From positions 6,510,001 through 6,574,000 of the forward strand of contig NC_082736.1 in assembly GCF_030144855.1 (NCBI RefSeq): a DNA stretch of 64,000 bases. The letters are read 5' to 3'. The translations under genes and the position numbers were made by a program. How positions within the stretch are numbered: the stretch's first letter is position 1; the number at the start of each line of letters is the position of its first letter. The notes beneath the pieces are model-generated. The model was not told where the DNA came from. It ran no database searches and was given only the letters and a program-made list of their open reading frames with translations. The stretch is from Hypanus sabinus. Its lineage: Eukaryota. Shown piece after piece: positions 11,760 to 24,464 of this stretch.

Positions 11760-12700
11760 GAAGCATAGAAAACCTACAGCACCAAACAGGAGTTCCGGCC
11801 CACAAAGTTGTGCTTAACATGTCTCTACTTTAGGAATTACTGGGCTTACCTATCCAAACACCTCTGAAAAGACCCTATCGTATCTGCCTCCACCACCGTT
11901 GCGGGCAGCCCATTCCACGCACTCACCACTCTCTGAGTAACAAACTTACCCCTGACATCTCTGTACCTGCTCCCCAGCACCTTAACCTGTGTCCTCTTGT
12001 TGCAGCCAGTTCAGCCCTGAGAAAAAGCCTCTGACTATCCACACGATCGATGCCTCTCATCATCTTGTACGCATTGGGCCTAAAGGAAACGATGCTGACT
12101 TTGTCCTATTTTATCATGTGTCGCCAAGTAGCCCGAAAATACATCGAGTCCATCATCTTCCCAACCACTGAGGTCAGACTGACTGGCCGATGATTTCCTC
12201 TCTTCTGCCCTTCTCCCTCCTTCAACAGTGGAACAATGTTTGCAATTTTCCTCTTCTCCAGAGCCACGCCAGAATACAGGGATTATAGAAAGATTATTAC
12301 TAAAACTGCCACTATCTCTTCAGTCACCTCTTTCATAGCACTGGTGTAGAAAATCCCGTCCAGCTGATTTATCTACCTTTAGATCTTTCAGTTTCCCAAG
12401 CAGTTTTTCCCTAGTAAAGGCCAATTCACTCCTTTCTGCCCCCTGATTCTCCTGAATTTCCAGCAGACTGCCAGTGTCTTCCACAGTGAAGACTGATGCA
12501 CAATACTTATTCAGCTTCTCTGCCACTTCCCTGTACCCCATTACTACGTCTCCAGCATCATCTACTTTTGCCTCTCTTTTACACTTTGTATATCTGAAGA
12601 AACTTCTGGTATCCGCTTTAATACTAATGGCTAGTTTACCTTCGTATTTCATCTTTTCCCTCTCAATGACTTTTTTAGTCGGTTTCGAAGTTTTGTAAAT
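11760..12700 (-). mobile_element. CR1 LINE remnants
   Basis: 3' tail at 11760-11800; ORF 12320-12745 'FFRYTKCKRE..VAEKLNKYCASVFTVED..LKVDKSAG'. Paralog about 47760-48680. Confidence 0.8.
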
Positions 12701-12714
12701 TGTATAACTGAGTG

Positions 12715-14150
12715 TCAGGGACGTCTCAGAGCAGCTACTGAACAATGTTCACTCAGCCAGAGGTGGTGGTTCACGTCGGTAGCAGTGGACAGGTAGAAAA
12801 GGGATGAGGTCCCACAGTGAATATAGAGAGTTAGGGAACAAGTTAAAGAGCAGGACCTGAAAGGTTATAATTTTTGAGTTACTCCCAATGCTCTGTGGTA
12901 GTTCGGGTGGGAACAGAAAGTTAGAGCAGATGACTGTGTGGCTGAGGAGCTGGTGCAGGGACAGGGTTTCAGGATTCCAGAACACTGGAACGTCTTCAGG
13001 TCCAGAGGTGACATTTACGGGGGTGGGGGTGGGGGTGGTTTGCACCTTCACGGCGGGGGGGGGGGGGGGTCAGAATCATGAGGTTCATTGTTGTTCCCTG
13101 GGAGGGTTGAAATGAGATTGACAGGGGGATGTGAACCAGAACGCCTGTCATTGAATGGAGAGATTGACGCCAAGTTTGATGCTTAATACTGTAAGGATGG
13201 ATTTTGAGGCAAATCCTCATCGGACATGAGTTTGTTTAAAGACAGCTGCACAGTGATTCAGGGCCAGTTTGTTCCTGTAAGGGGGAGGGTCCAGGATGGC
13301 AAGGTTCAGGAACCTTGGATGATGAGAGAGGAAGTAAATTTAGTCGAGGAAGAGTGAGAAGCTTATGTAAGGCTTAGGAAGCTGGAATCAAACAGGGTGT
13401 TAGAGGATGATATTTAAAACAAGGAAGGGAACTCAAGAACATTTGCAGAGTGAGAAACAGTGATGAAAAATCTCTGATGAGCAGGATTAAAGATAATCCC
13501 ACTGCATTCTGTACATTCATTGTGGTGAAAAGGATACCCAGGGGTGCACGTCCAACATAAAGCGTGGGTACACAGGTAATGGCAGGAACATTAACATACA
13601 GAAGGATGCTGGGTCCGGGCAGATTGGTTCCCTGAAACTGGGAGCACAGGTTGACAGGGTGGTAAAGCCGGTGTACGGCATGTTTGCCTTCACCGGGCAA
13701 GGCATTGAGTTCAATCACCAGGACATCATGTTACAGTTTATAAAATGCTAGTTTGGCCACAGTGAGAGCACAGTGTTCAGTTCCGGTCACCTCATTCTAG
13801 GAAGCATGTGGAGGTTTCGGTGCAGGTGCAGAAGTTGTTAAGCAGGATGTCTGGAGGAGGAGTGAGGTGAGGAGAGGCTCGACATGCTGGAGCTTTTTCC
13901 TCTGGAGTGGCGTCAGCTCAGGAGAGATCTGACAGAAATTTATACAATTTTGCAGGACATACTTGGTGTAAACAGCCAGTAATATTTTTCACAGGAGGGA
14001 AATGTCTTCTACTAAAAGACATGTATTTAAGATCAGAGGAAGAAAGTGAAGGGAACAGTGATGGGGACTTGGAATGCACTGTCAGGGCTGGTGGCAGAGG
14101 CAGAGAGCACAGGGGTATTTAGGGAAGTCTTAGACAGACAGGAATTTGTA
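12715..14150 (+). mobile_element. Highly degraded CR1 (ORF1 esterase and ORF2 pieces)
   Basis: 'QMTVWLRSWCR' esterase-like fragment; 'VYGMFAFTGQGIEF..IMLQF' in the paralog at 49.6k. Confidence 0.65.
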
Positions 14151-14169
14151 GAGAAGTGACTGGAACTAA

Positions 14170-14258
14170 GGTGCTGAAGAACTCGATCCACCCACCCCTC
14201 CCTTTTCTCCCTGGCACAACCCAAACTCAGAGCGATGCACCGCCTCACATAGGGAGCC
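14170..14258 (+). pseudogene. Relic of a histone H4 3' end (stop codon, 3' UTR, broken stem-loop, HDE) in inverted orientation
   Basis: 'ggtgcTGAagaactc..ctcccttttctccctggcacaacccaaa-ctcagagcgatgcaccgcctcacatagggagcc' aligns by eye with the H4 3' end 'ggcggcTGAaaaactcccacttcctcccgaacacaacacaaaggctcttctaagagccacccaccgcctcacagagagagcc' (reverse complement of about 57587-57668). Confidence 0.6.
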
Positions 14259-14403
14259 TCTCGGCAGATCCGATCAAACTGACCCACTCTTTGGCAAAAT
14301 GTTCATTTATATTCAGAGGCCTGGGTGGACGAGATTTTTTTCAGTAAATACGATCGGTTCCACAGGGTAAACGTACCTTTGTAGACAGTCAGAGACCTGT
14401 ATA

Positions 14404-14903
14404 GTTGTGCCGCGGAGAGCAATCTGACAGGCGGCATCTGTCTGGTGTGGAGGGGCTACGGCACAGCACCGAAAGAAGCTGCTGATACTACCCAGGACAT
14501 CTTTAGGGAGCGGTGCTCATAAAGGCAGCGTCCATTATTAAACACTTCCAACACCCAGGGCATGCCCTTTTCTCACTGTTACCGTCAGGTAGGAGATACA
14601 GAAGCCTGAAAGCACACTCAGCGATTCAGGAACAGCTTCTTCCCCTCTGCCATCCGATTCCTAAATGGACATTAAAACTATGGACACTACCTCACTTTTT
14701 AATATACAGAATTTGTTTTTGCACATTTTTCAAAATAACAGTCAATATACGTAACTGATTACTTGTTTATTTATTGTTTTATTTTATTTTGTTTTATTTA
14801 TTATTTTATAACTTTGTCTTCCAGGTTATGTATGACATTGAACTGCTGCTGCGAAGTTAACAAAATTCACGTCAGATGCCGGTGATAATAAACTTGATTC
14901 TGA
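14404..14903 (+). mobile_element. Rex1/Babar-type LINE 3' fragment
   Basis: 'KAASIIKHFQHPGHALFSLLPSGRRYRSLK'; ends 'aataaacttgattctga'. Paralog about 50143-50640. Confidence 0.8.
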
Positions 14904-15340
14904 AATGTAAAACGCAAATGTTATTTTTCTGTGAGGCGATGAGAATCGCTCATGAAGCAACGAACAGGCGATGTTCCCGCCTTCTGCACACCGGAACGGT
15001 CCGGGGTCAACCCGCAATGTGGAGCCCAGACAACGCGGTTCTCGGTGATGAAGAGCGGAGTCGTTCAGTGATCGGAGATTAAATTCTCCTTCCCGGGGCT
15101 GACTCCGGAAGTTCATTTCACGACTCTGCGCCTAGTGAACCCGCTGATTCTCTGCAAGGGGAGAGAGCTGCAATCGGTCTGCTGAGAGGGGAAAACGAGC
15201 CGGGACTGAAGCGAACCGGTTTCTGTGCAGATTTATTTCGGTTTCTTTCGCGGAAGAAACACGTCGAGACACTGACAGATGCAGGATATCAAACGGACGG
15301 AAAGCACCCGCCGCTCAGCCCTTCCACAGACATTGTGAGT

Positions 15341-15356
15341 GGCTCTGAAAAGAGCC
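15341..15356 (-). terminator. Histone 3' stem-loop of H2A copy 1
   Basis: caaa-GGCTCT TTTC AGAGCC-actca, followed by the purine-rich HDE 'GGAAGGGCTG'. Confidence 0.95.
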
Positions 15357-15386
15357 TTTGGGTAAATAGATTCAGCTTACGTCGCT

Positions 15387-16060
<674 letters not shown>

Positions 16061-16334
16061 AAATAATTGCAGATCTGTTTTAAGATTGGGTCTTCGCATT
16101 TCCCTCTGTTACTGAAACCGGGCACATTTGATTTAAGTGTAGTTGATATTGGAGTGTTTGGGAACTCAATTCTCTAATTTCTTTCAACCCGTAACGGAAC
16201 CGAATAAAACTGACCCTCAGCTTCTGCCCGCGGTCGGTCACTGTGTGAACGTTATCAGGTTATGGAAAACGGCTCTTAAACTTTGACCAGCGTCTAGTCT
16301 GCAATTTTATAAAGTTATAATATGAAACAGCCAT

Positions 16335-16437
16335 CACGAGGGAATCTGCAGATGCTGGAATTTCAAACACACAAAATGCTGGTTGAACCCAGCAGGCCAG
16401 GCAGCATCTATAAGCAGGACTGTCGACGCTTCTCCAT
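16335..16437 (-). mobile_element. Short Penelope terminal-repeat fragment with target-site duplication
   Basis: 'ctgcagatgctgg..cacaaaatgctgg..cagcaggccaggcagcatct' flanked by atgaaacagccat and attaaagagccat; the duplication is perfect in copy 2. Confidence 0.75.
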
Positions 16438-16737
16438 ATTAAAGAGCCATAATGTCTTTCAGGCTCGAGTTGAAATGAGATTCAGGAGTTACCCAACTGG
16501 AACCAATAAACTCCTGAAGCCACAAATAAAACAACGGCCGCAATCCTCCGCTTGGCATGGATACCGAGTGGGACGGACTGATGTGGAGGGGGGGGGGGGG
16601 GCGGGGGGGAACAATTCCTTGTCAGTTCAGTGTGAGCTTATTACAATCGCGATTTCGCTCTTGTAAAAGTCACCAGACAAAGTATGTGTAATTTATTACC
16701 TAAATGGTAGTACAACTCTTTCATTGAAATTGTAAAT

Positions 16738-16753
16738 GGCTCTTAAAAGAGCC
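16738..16753 (-). terminator. Histone 3' stem-loop of H2B copy 1 (3' flank ATTTA instead of ACCCA)
   Basis: aac-GGCTCT TTTA AGAGCC-atttaca; HDE 'GAAAGAGTTG'. Confidence 0.93.
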
Positions 16754-16784
16754 GTTGTGTTTTCGATCATCTCACTGGGCAGCT

Positions 16785-17159
16785 TTACTTGGAGCTGGTG
16801 TACTTGGTCACCGCCTTTGTCCCTTCGGACACGGCGTGCTTGGCCAGCTCCCCGGGCAGCAGCAGGCGCACGGCGGTCTGGATCTCCCGGGAGCTGATGG
16901 TTGACCGCTTGTTGTAATGGGCCAGGCGGGAAGCCTCACCCGCGATGCGCTCGAAAATATCGTTCACGAATGAATTCATGATGCTCATGGCCCTGGAGGA
17001 GATGCCGGTATCGGGGTGAACCTGCTTCATCACTTTGTAGATGTAGATGGCGTAACTCTCCTTCCTCGTCCTCTTGCGCTTCTTGCCAGACTTGCTCGCC
17101 GGTTTGGACAGAGCTTTCTTGGCGCCCTTCTTGGGAGCGGGTTTCGGTGCATCAGGCAT
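16785..17159 (-). CDS. H2B: Histone H2B, 124 aa
   Basis: [15 protein letters not shown]...AVTKYTSSK intact; ATG at 17159. Confidence 0.98.
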   Translation of the reverse strand: MPDAPKPAPKKGAKKALSKPASKSGKKRKRTRKESYAIYIYKVMKQVHPDTGISSRAMSIMNSFVNDIFERIAGEASRLAHYNKRSTISSREIQTAVRLLLPGELAKHAVSEGTKAVTKYTSSK

Positions 17160-17435
17160 TTCCTCGTCGGTTTCAAACACAATAATAAGCAGAAGCTGTC
17201 CGGAGCGCGGATTAAATAGGCAGCGCCCAAAGTGGTATGTTAATGGGGATGGGAATGATGAGCATTGCCATTGGCTGTTTGGAGAAATGAATCACCAATC
17301 GGAACGCTGGGGGATGGGAAGCGGCGCCAATGTGTGGCGGTTACCACTGTCGTTTAATGCGGGAGGAAGTACAGAAGGGCAGAGACAGGCGGGGGTGCGG
17401 GCTGAAATTGAAAAGGGAAATGCAAATTTCAAAAG
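17160..17435 (-). promoter_or_regulatory. H2B promoter (copy 1)
   Basis: TATTTAA near 17211-17217, octamer-like ATGTTAAT near 17237, CCAAT boxes near 17270, 17295 and 17327, TTTCAAA (CHR-like) near 17427. Confidence 0.75.
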
Positions 17436-19117
17436 CAGATTAAAAATAAAATCAGATGAAATATTGTAAAAATAAACACTAAGACGTTCCGTTCATGACA
17501 CAGGGAAGCAGGAGAGCGAAGGAGAGATTTGGACATTTCAATGTAAAGTTCATATTTATGCACAGGCTTAAGGAACAACGGATTTGTAGCAACATCACAG
17601 ACACATTGCACCAGACACAGCATTGACAAGAAACACTGGAATTAAATATGAATTATACCAACATATTCAAATAGACAGAGGACTATCAGAACAAAATCTA
17701 AATAACAAAGAGATTATGCAGGCAGTGGGAGAATCACCCTCTTGTGCTTCTTCATCTCGTCACTCTCGATTCAGAGTCACGCAACGCCCATCTGATCTGG
17801 CCCATGCCTTCATTCACCAGGTCCAACACTTGCCTTTATTGGATCTTCCTCCTCCTGACACCAGTCATCGTGTTTGTGGGGCTGTGTGTCCCCTTGGACC
17901 CCTGGATTAGGTTTGAGGGTAGGCCTGGTGGATGTATATATGCTGGGAGAGATAAGGCTGTAGATTGTGTATGGTGAGATATGTGGGACTATGGTGGATG
18001 GGGTAGTGTAGTGGAGCCACACAGTGGCTGATGCCTTTCATTATCGTGGTTCAACACCACTTGGCTTAGGGAACCGGGTGTGCAAAGGGGCACATCATCA
18101 ATAATACAACTTAGGGTCATTGGGTATTTCGGGTCTTTACTCATGAGACAATATCGCCCAGGCAACGCAGCCACGGTGGATCAGGCCCGGTTTGTGTTTA
18201 TCCCATGGAGCAAGATAATGAGAGGCGTGTAATTCTGGCAAGTTGTGGGTATTTTCCCCCTGGTTACTTGGTTTTATTTTGACTGTTGGGGGAATAGAAT
18301 GTTCTGAGGCCTAGTAATCAGGCTTTACCTCCAAGTACGGTTAAACTTCCCTACTCTAAATTTACACCTGTCTTTATTTTGCATCTGTGTGCCTGGGATT
18401 GCGTGGGTTAAATTAACAGAGTTTACTGCAGTACAAACTAATGATTAATATTGGGCAGATTAATCCATGATTCCAAAACTCAAAAATATCTGAAATCCAG
18501 AATTTATTGTACTGAGATTACGTCACAAATGGGGAATTTAATCCAGGATCAAATGGCTTGTCTAATGAAGAGCGTTTCACCTCACTAGGCCTCTATTCAC
18601 TGGAAATTCGAAGAAAGAAGTGTTACCGAATTGAAACCTATCGAATAGTGAAAGGGCTTGAGTGAGTGGATGTGGAGAGGACTTTTCCTGTGGTGGGTGA
18701 GTCTCTAACCAGACCACAGAGCTTCAAAATAGAGGGGCATCCTTTTAGAGTGGAAATGAGGAGTAATTTCTTCAGCCAGAGAGTGGTGAATCGGTGGAAT
18801 TTTTGGCCACAGGCAGCTGCAGAGGCCAAATCACTGGAAAGAGGCAGAGATTGAATCTAAGAGGAAAAATTGATCAGTGATGATGAAATGGCAGAGGAGG
18901 CTCGATGGGCCAAATGGCCAAATTCTGCTCCTAAATCTGATGGTCTTATGGACTCACTTAGAGACTAAAATTTTCCCAGAGACTGTTGATCTCAGCTTTC
19001 ACTCAACCCAGCACCTGAGGCTCCAGATTACTTATATAAGGAATACAGAAGTTCTTAGATCTCAGATTAAAGGAATATGATCTCATTTCCATCCTGAATG
19101 CTTGTCACCTCAATCTG

Positions 19118-19320
19118 ATCAACAGACACAAAATGCTGGCGGAAGTCAGCAGGCCAGGCAGCATCTATGGGAAAGGGTAACGAGTCGATGCTTTGGGCTG
19201 AGAACCATCACCAGGACGAGATCTGATGGAAGGGTCTCGGGCCGAAGTGTTGACTGTTTACTCTTTTCCATAAAGGCTGCCTGTCCTGCTGAGTTCCTTC
19301 AGCATTTTGTATGTGTTGAT
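19118..19320. repeat. About 200-bp palindromic element made of two inverted Penelope terminal repeats
   Basis: Left arm 'atcaacagacacaaaatgctg..cagcaggccaggcagc' is complementary to right arm 'gctgcctgtcctgctgagttccttcagcattttgtatgtgttgat'; paralog about 55014-55212. Confidence 0.8.
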
Positions 19321-21137
19321 TTGGATTTCCAGCACCAGCCAGATTCTCTCCTGCTTATGATTTACACCTCATTCTGAGGGTATTTTCCTCAGTTATGGAG
19401 ATCTCATTCAGGGGAAAGATCCTCCTTGCCTACTGCCAGTCACATCCTGAAAGAATCTAACAGAAATCCTTGTTTTCTCATTAACTGCAGGAATAGTGAC
19501 CCAGCCCACTCACTCTCCTTTCACATAACCAACCCTCCATCCCTGGAACCAGCCCAGTCAGTGTGGGGAATAGTCACTGAACTCCGTCTATTGCAGGGAT
19601 ATCCTTCCTGAGGAAGTGTGACCAAACCCGGACACTACATTCAAGGTGTGCTCTCACCAGGGCCCTATAGAATCCAGTGAGACATCTGTACCCCTCTTCT
19701 CCACTCCTCCTGGATCACAGGACAAAATACTGTTTGCCTCTCTCATTACTTGTTGTATCTGCACGTTAACTCAAGTGATTTGTTTACAAGGGCACCCAGG
19801 TTCCTCTGAACATCCCGTGTGGAAATAACTCTTACAGTTTGATCCTGGGAATGGGTGATCTCACATTTCCTCACATTCTGTTCCATCCGCCCAATCCTCA
19901 ACCATTCACTCTCCTGTCTACATCCCCCAAACCTTCTCACTACTGACCCTGTCCCTCCCGCTCTGCCACAGGAATAGACCTAGTCACTGAATTATGCAGC
20001 ACAGAAATAGGCCCTTCAGCCCAACACATCCATGCTGACCAAGCGGCCAAACAAAACCATTGTCAGTTACATGAATTTGGCCCATGTCCCTGTGAAACTT
20101 CCCTCTCCACCGTCCAAGAGATTTGGCAACTGTGCCCCTCTATACCATCACTGGAGGTAGTTTGTACCAGGTAACTGCACATTCTGTGAATAAAACCTGC
20201 TCCTCATGGTCTCAGTTAAATCTTTCCTCTCGCACTTTATACCTGTAATCTCTAGCTTCCAACTCCATGACCCTGGAGATAACAGATTCACTACTGACTG
20301 AATCAATGTCTGCCATTATTTTATCAGCTTCTCTAATGCCACATACACTCTGATGAGAATGTTCCAGTCTATCCAGCCTCCTGGTAAATCTCTTTTGCAC
20401 CCTCTCCAGTTTAATGTCACCCTCTGATCACTGGGCAACTATAACTGTACGCCGTGCTCCAAGAGTGGTTTCCCCAAGGCTGGGAGAGCTGTAATGTGAC
20501 GTCACGGTCCAGTGCCCAATACTCTCCCGATGAATGCAAGTGTGGCAAACACCACCTTCACCGTCCTGCCGACCTGTGTTTACACTTTGAAGGAATTCGA
20601 TATCTGCACCCCGATATCTCTCTGTTTTACAGCACTCCCAGGGACCGACCATTCCCCACGGCAGTTCGGCCCTGGTTCGTCATTGACAATGGAACATCTC
20701 TTGTTCTTGTTTGCAGGCTCGAAGGGCCGAATGGACTACTCCTGCACCTATTTTCTTTCTCACATTTATCTGTCATTACTCAAATCACTGACCTCATTGA
20801 CCACCGTCCTGTTGTATTGCTGGTTACATTCTTCACACTTTAGTGATATCTGCATATTTGCTGAGCCGGGCATTGACATTGTCAGCCGAGTCTTTAATGA
20901 ATGAACTGCAGCAGCAGACCTGACTCAGCTCCCAGGCTTTTCCTTGCAGCGATACCCGCACAGTGCTGGAGGAACTCAGCAGGCCAGGCAGAATCTGTGA
21001 GAAACAGTAAACAGCCGACGTTTCAGGCCGAGACCGTCCAGAATCTGAACAATGTCTTGTGTTTGGTTTTCCTTCGATCCTTTCCTACGTGACTGGATAA
21101 CATAAACCATCCTCCAATCCTCTGCCACTACTCCTGA

Positions 21138-21310
21138 CCGAGAAACGCGCAGAGAGACAGAGGCGGTGAGGTGAGGGGACAGAGTCAGAGTGACGGACAG
21201 GGCCGTCAGCGGCCTCTCATCGTCCAGCTCGGCCTTCACTTTACTACACCCGGCAATTTCCAACGGTCTGTTCGACACAAGGCGCTCCAGCGAAAAAAAC
21301 TCCCTCACAC
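21138..21310 (-). pseudogene. Orphan H4 promoter fragment with no TATA box and no H4 CDS
   Basis: Homologous to the H4 upstream region 58051-58228 and to 57031-57210; abuts a CR1 fragment on the left. Confidence 0.85.
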
Positions 21311-24300
21311 ACCACGTACAGACTGGAGGATTTCTGGAATTTGCTGATTCGCCTGCTTTAAATCAAAGGAAGTGCTTTTCTATTTCATAAATCCCCGAGA
21401 ACCTCGGTCTGGCCCTCCCCGGCCCCATGACCAGTGCGAGCGCGTTCACACACAGCAGTTGGTGGGCAAGGGTGCAGTCACTTCCAATGATGAGAGGGTT
21501 AATTTTTCAGAACAACTGTTCCTCTGAATCGTGAGGGAAATTAATGTCCAGTCACATAAAGGAACAGTATACATAGACTGATATAAGGATATATATACCG
21601 CACTTCTGGCGCCTTCTATACCCCAGGTAAAGTGGTGGCTGAGGAGCTGGTGCAAGGTGGGTGGGGCTTCAGCTACAAGGTCTCTCGAAGGGAAGGTGGA
21701 ACGGGAACATTGAGTAGGGGAGCTTTCTTCCTGCTGCACGTTAGGGGTTAAACGAGCAGGGATGCGGTCCTACAAACTGATTTTCGGGAACTCGGTAAAG
21801 AAGCAGGACTTCCAGGATTGCAGTCTCGGAATTATGCCCCAAACCTTGTGCTGGTGTGGTGAGAAATCGATATTTTGTGCAGTTTAATATGTTGCTGAGG
21901 AACTGATGCAGGACGGAGGTCTTCAGATTTACGGATCAATGGGCTCCCTTCCAGGCAGGTGGGAGACCGGGACAAACAAGGTTATTTGCATCTGAACTGG
22001 AGGGGAACCAATATCCTCACCAGGAGGTTTGATGGTGACAGTTGGCGGAGTTTGAACTGGAGTAGCATGTGGGAGAATGTGTGTATGACAAGACAGTCTG
22101 AAAAGAACGAAAGCCAATGTAAGACCAATGGTGGGACTGATGGGATGAAATGAGTTTACTTCAACATTAGGAGTATTCTGTGGTCGGACGGACAGGGTTG
22201 GCAGCTGAACACTCCTGCATTACATTGTTTTACATGTGTGTTGGGGTAGGGTGGGTTTAACAGGAGCAGAGGTTACCCCTCTGGGTAAGTCACAATGAAC
22301 TGGAAGGCTCATTTACAGAGACAATCTGCAGGTCCACCGATGGGATTATTGTCCTGGCCGTCAACGACCAGTGCTGGGACTTTATCTTCCCTAGAATTGA
22401 CTGGAACTTGCTTAATACTTAGATGCACAAGATTTCTTCATTGAATCTGAAGAGTGTTTGAAACATTATGTACAGAGCCCAACAAGAGGAGAGAACAGAC
22501 AGGAGGAATTCGTTTTGGGAAATGAGCCAGGCCAGCTGACAGCTAAGAGTCAGTGAATATTCTGGGATCTTATTTTTTTTCTTAGTGATGAGGAAGAATA
22601 AAATCAGATCTTGTATGAAGGTACTGAATTGCAGGAGGGCAGGTTAGGACGGAGTAAGACAGAAACCACGGGGCATTGATTGGGAGCAGCCACTGTCAGA
22701 CAAGTCCACATCTGACGTGCAGGAGTTGTTTAAAGACCAGCAGATCCGAGTTTGAAATTGAGGTACAGGATTTATCCACATTTGGAAAGACATGGCCTGC
22801 TTAGGGACAATCAGCATGGTTTTGTGTGGGCAGATCACGCTTGACAAAATTGATCGAGGTTTCAGTGGTGGTGATACAGGTTATAAGATACAGGAGTAGA
22901 ATTAAGCCATTTGGCCCATCAAGTCTGCTCTGTCTTTTCATCTTGGCTGATACATTTTTCCTCTCAGCCCCAATCTCCTACATTCTCTCTGTATCTCTTT
23001 ATGCACTGACCAATCAAGAACCAATCAACTTCTGCCTTAAATACCTAAAGTCTTGGCCTCCACAGCTGCCGACCGTGGCAATGAATTCCACAGATTTACC
23101 ACTCTCTCTGAGGAAATTCTTCCTCATCTCCATTCTAAAAGGAAGCCCCTCTCTTCTGAGACCCGTCCTCTCCATATCAACTTTATCAAGGTCTTTCACC
23201 ATTCGATAGGTTTCAATTCATCATCCCTCATTGTTCTAACTTCCAGGGAATAAAGGCCAAGAGACATCAAACACTCTTCATATGACAAGCTGTTTAATCC
23301 TGGAATCATTTTTGAGAATCTTGTTTGAAACCCATCCCGTTTCAGCTCATCCTTCCTAATATAAAGGGCCCAAAACTGCTCGCAATACTCCAAGTGAGAC
23401 CTCACCAGTACTTCATAAATCTCAACATTACATCCTTGCTCTTATATTCTAGTCCTCTTGAAATGAATGCTAACTTCACATTTGCCTTCCTCACCACAGA
23501 CTCAACCTGCAAATTAACCTTTACAGAACCAGCACAATGACTCCCAAATCCCATTGCACCTCATTTTTTGTATCTTCTCTCCATTTTGAAAATAGCCAAC
23601 CCTAATATTTCTTCAACTGGTGCATGGCCATACACTTCCCAGTTCTGTATTCCATCTGCGACTTCTTTGCCTATTCTCTTCATCTGTCTGTCCTCCCTAT
23701 TTCCTCAATAGGGAATAGGGAATAGGCCTCCATCTGTCTCTTCATATCATCTGCAAATTTTGCAACAAATCCATCAATTCCTTCATCATTACATTAATAT
23801 ATAATATAAAAAGAATCAGTCCCAACATCTAGTGCTTGATGTTTCTGTGCTGTTATGTTCTATGGCTCTACGAGGGCAAGACTGTGGATGTGATCTATAT
23901 AGACCTTAGTAAGGCATTACTAAGGCACCCGTAAGTTTCAATATAAATAGCAATTTCAATTCAGAAATGGGTTCCTCATAGAAGGCTATATAGGGCTGGA
24001 AGTCCGTGTGCAGTGGTGATCCACAAGGATCGATATTGGGAATTATGTTGTTTGGGATATATATCGATGTTTGGATGAAAATGTTGATGGGTGGTTTACA
24101 AGTTTACAGGTGACAGCAAGATTGGTGGAATTGTGGACAGTGTAAATATTGATCAATGCACACAGTGGGATATAGATCACAAACATATGCAGAGAAATTG
24201 CAAAAGGAATTTAATCTAGGAGGGAATGCAGTATTGCACTTTGGGAGTCAAATGAAAGAAGAACATATAATGTTAATGTTCACAGCATTGGTGTAAACAG

Positions 24301-24464
24301 TGATCTTAGGATCCAGGCACATAGCTCACTGCACGTGGCTACACAATGGGATAAGGTGTACAGAATGCTGGTCCCCACTGGTCAGGGTGTTGAGTATAAG
24401 AGTAAGGGAGTCATGTATTAAGACAGGCATACAAACGTACAGGAAAAGGACCATGTCCAGGTAG

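Noticed and set aside
15040-15110. Possible C/D-box snoRNA (GTGATGA...CTGA)
   Set aside because: Short, no terminal stem in either copy, and no recognisable rRNA guide sequence.
16268-16280. AACGGCTCTT resembling the 5' arm of a histone stem-loop
   Set aside because: No adjacent 3' arm and no upstream histone remnant; probably chance.
17740-18330. Possible old LTR (minus-strand TATA-like motif, AATAAA, and CA followed by TGGCAGCG resembling a tRNA-Leu primer site in copy 2)
   Set aside because: No 5' boundary, TSD or internal coding remnant could be identified and the primer-site match is short; needs a Dfam search.
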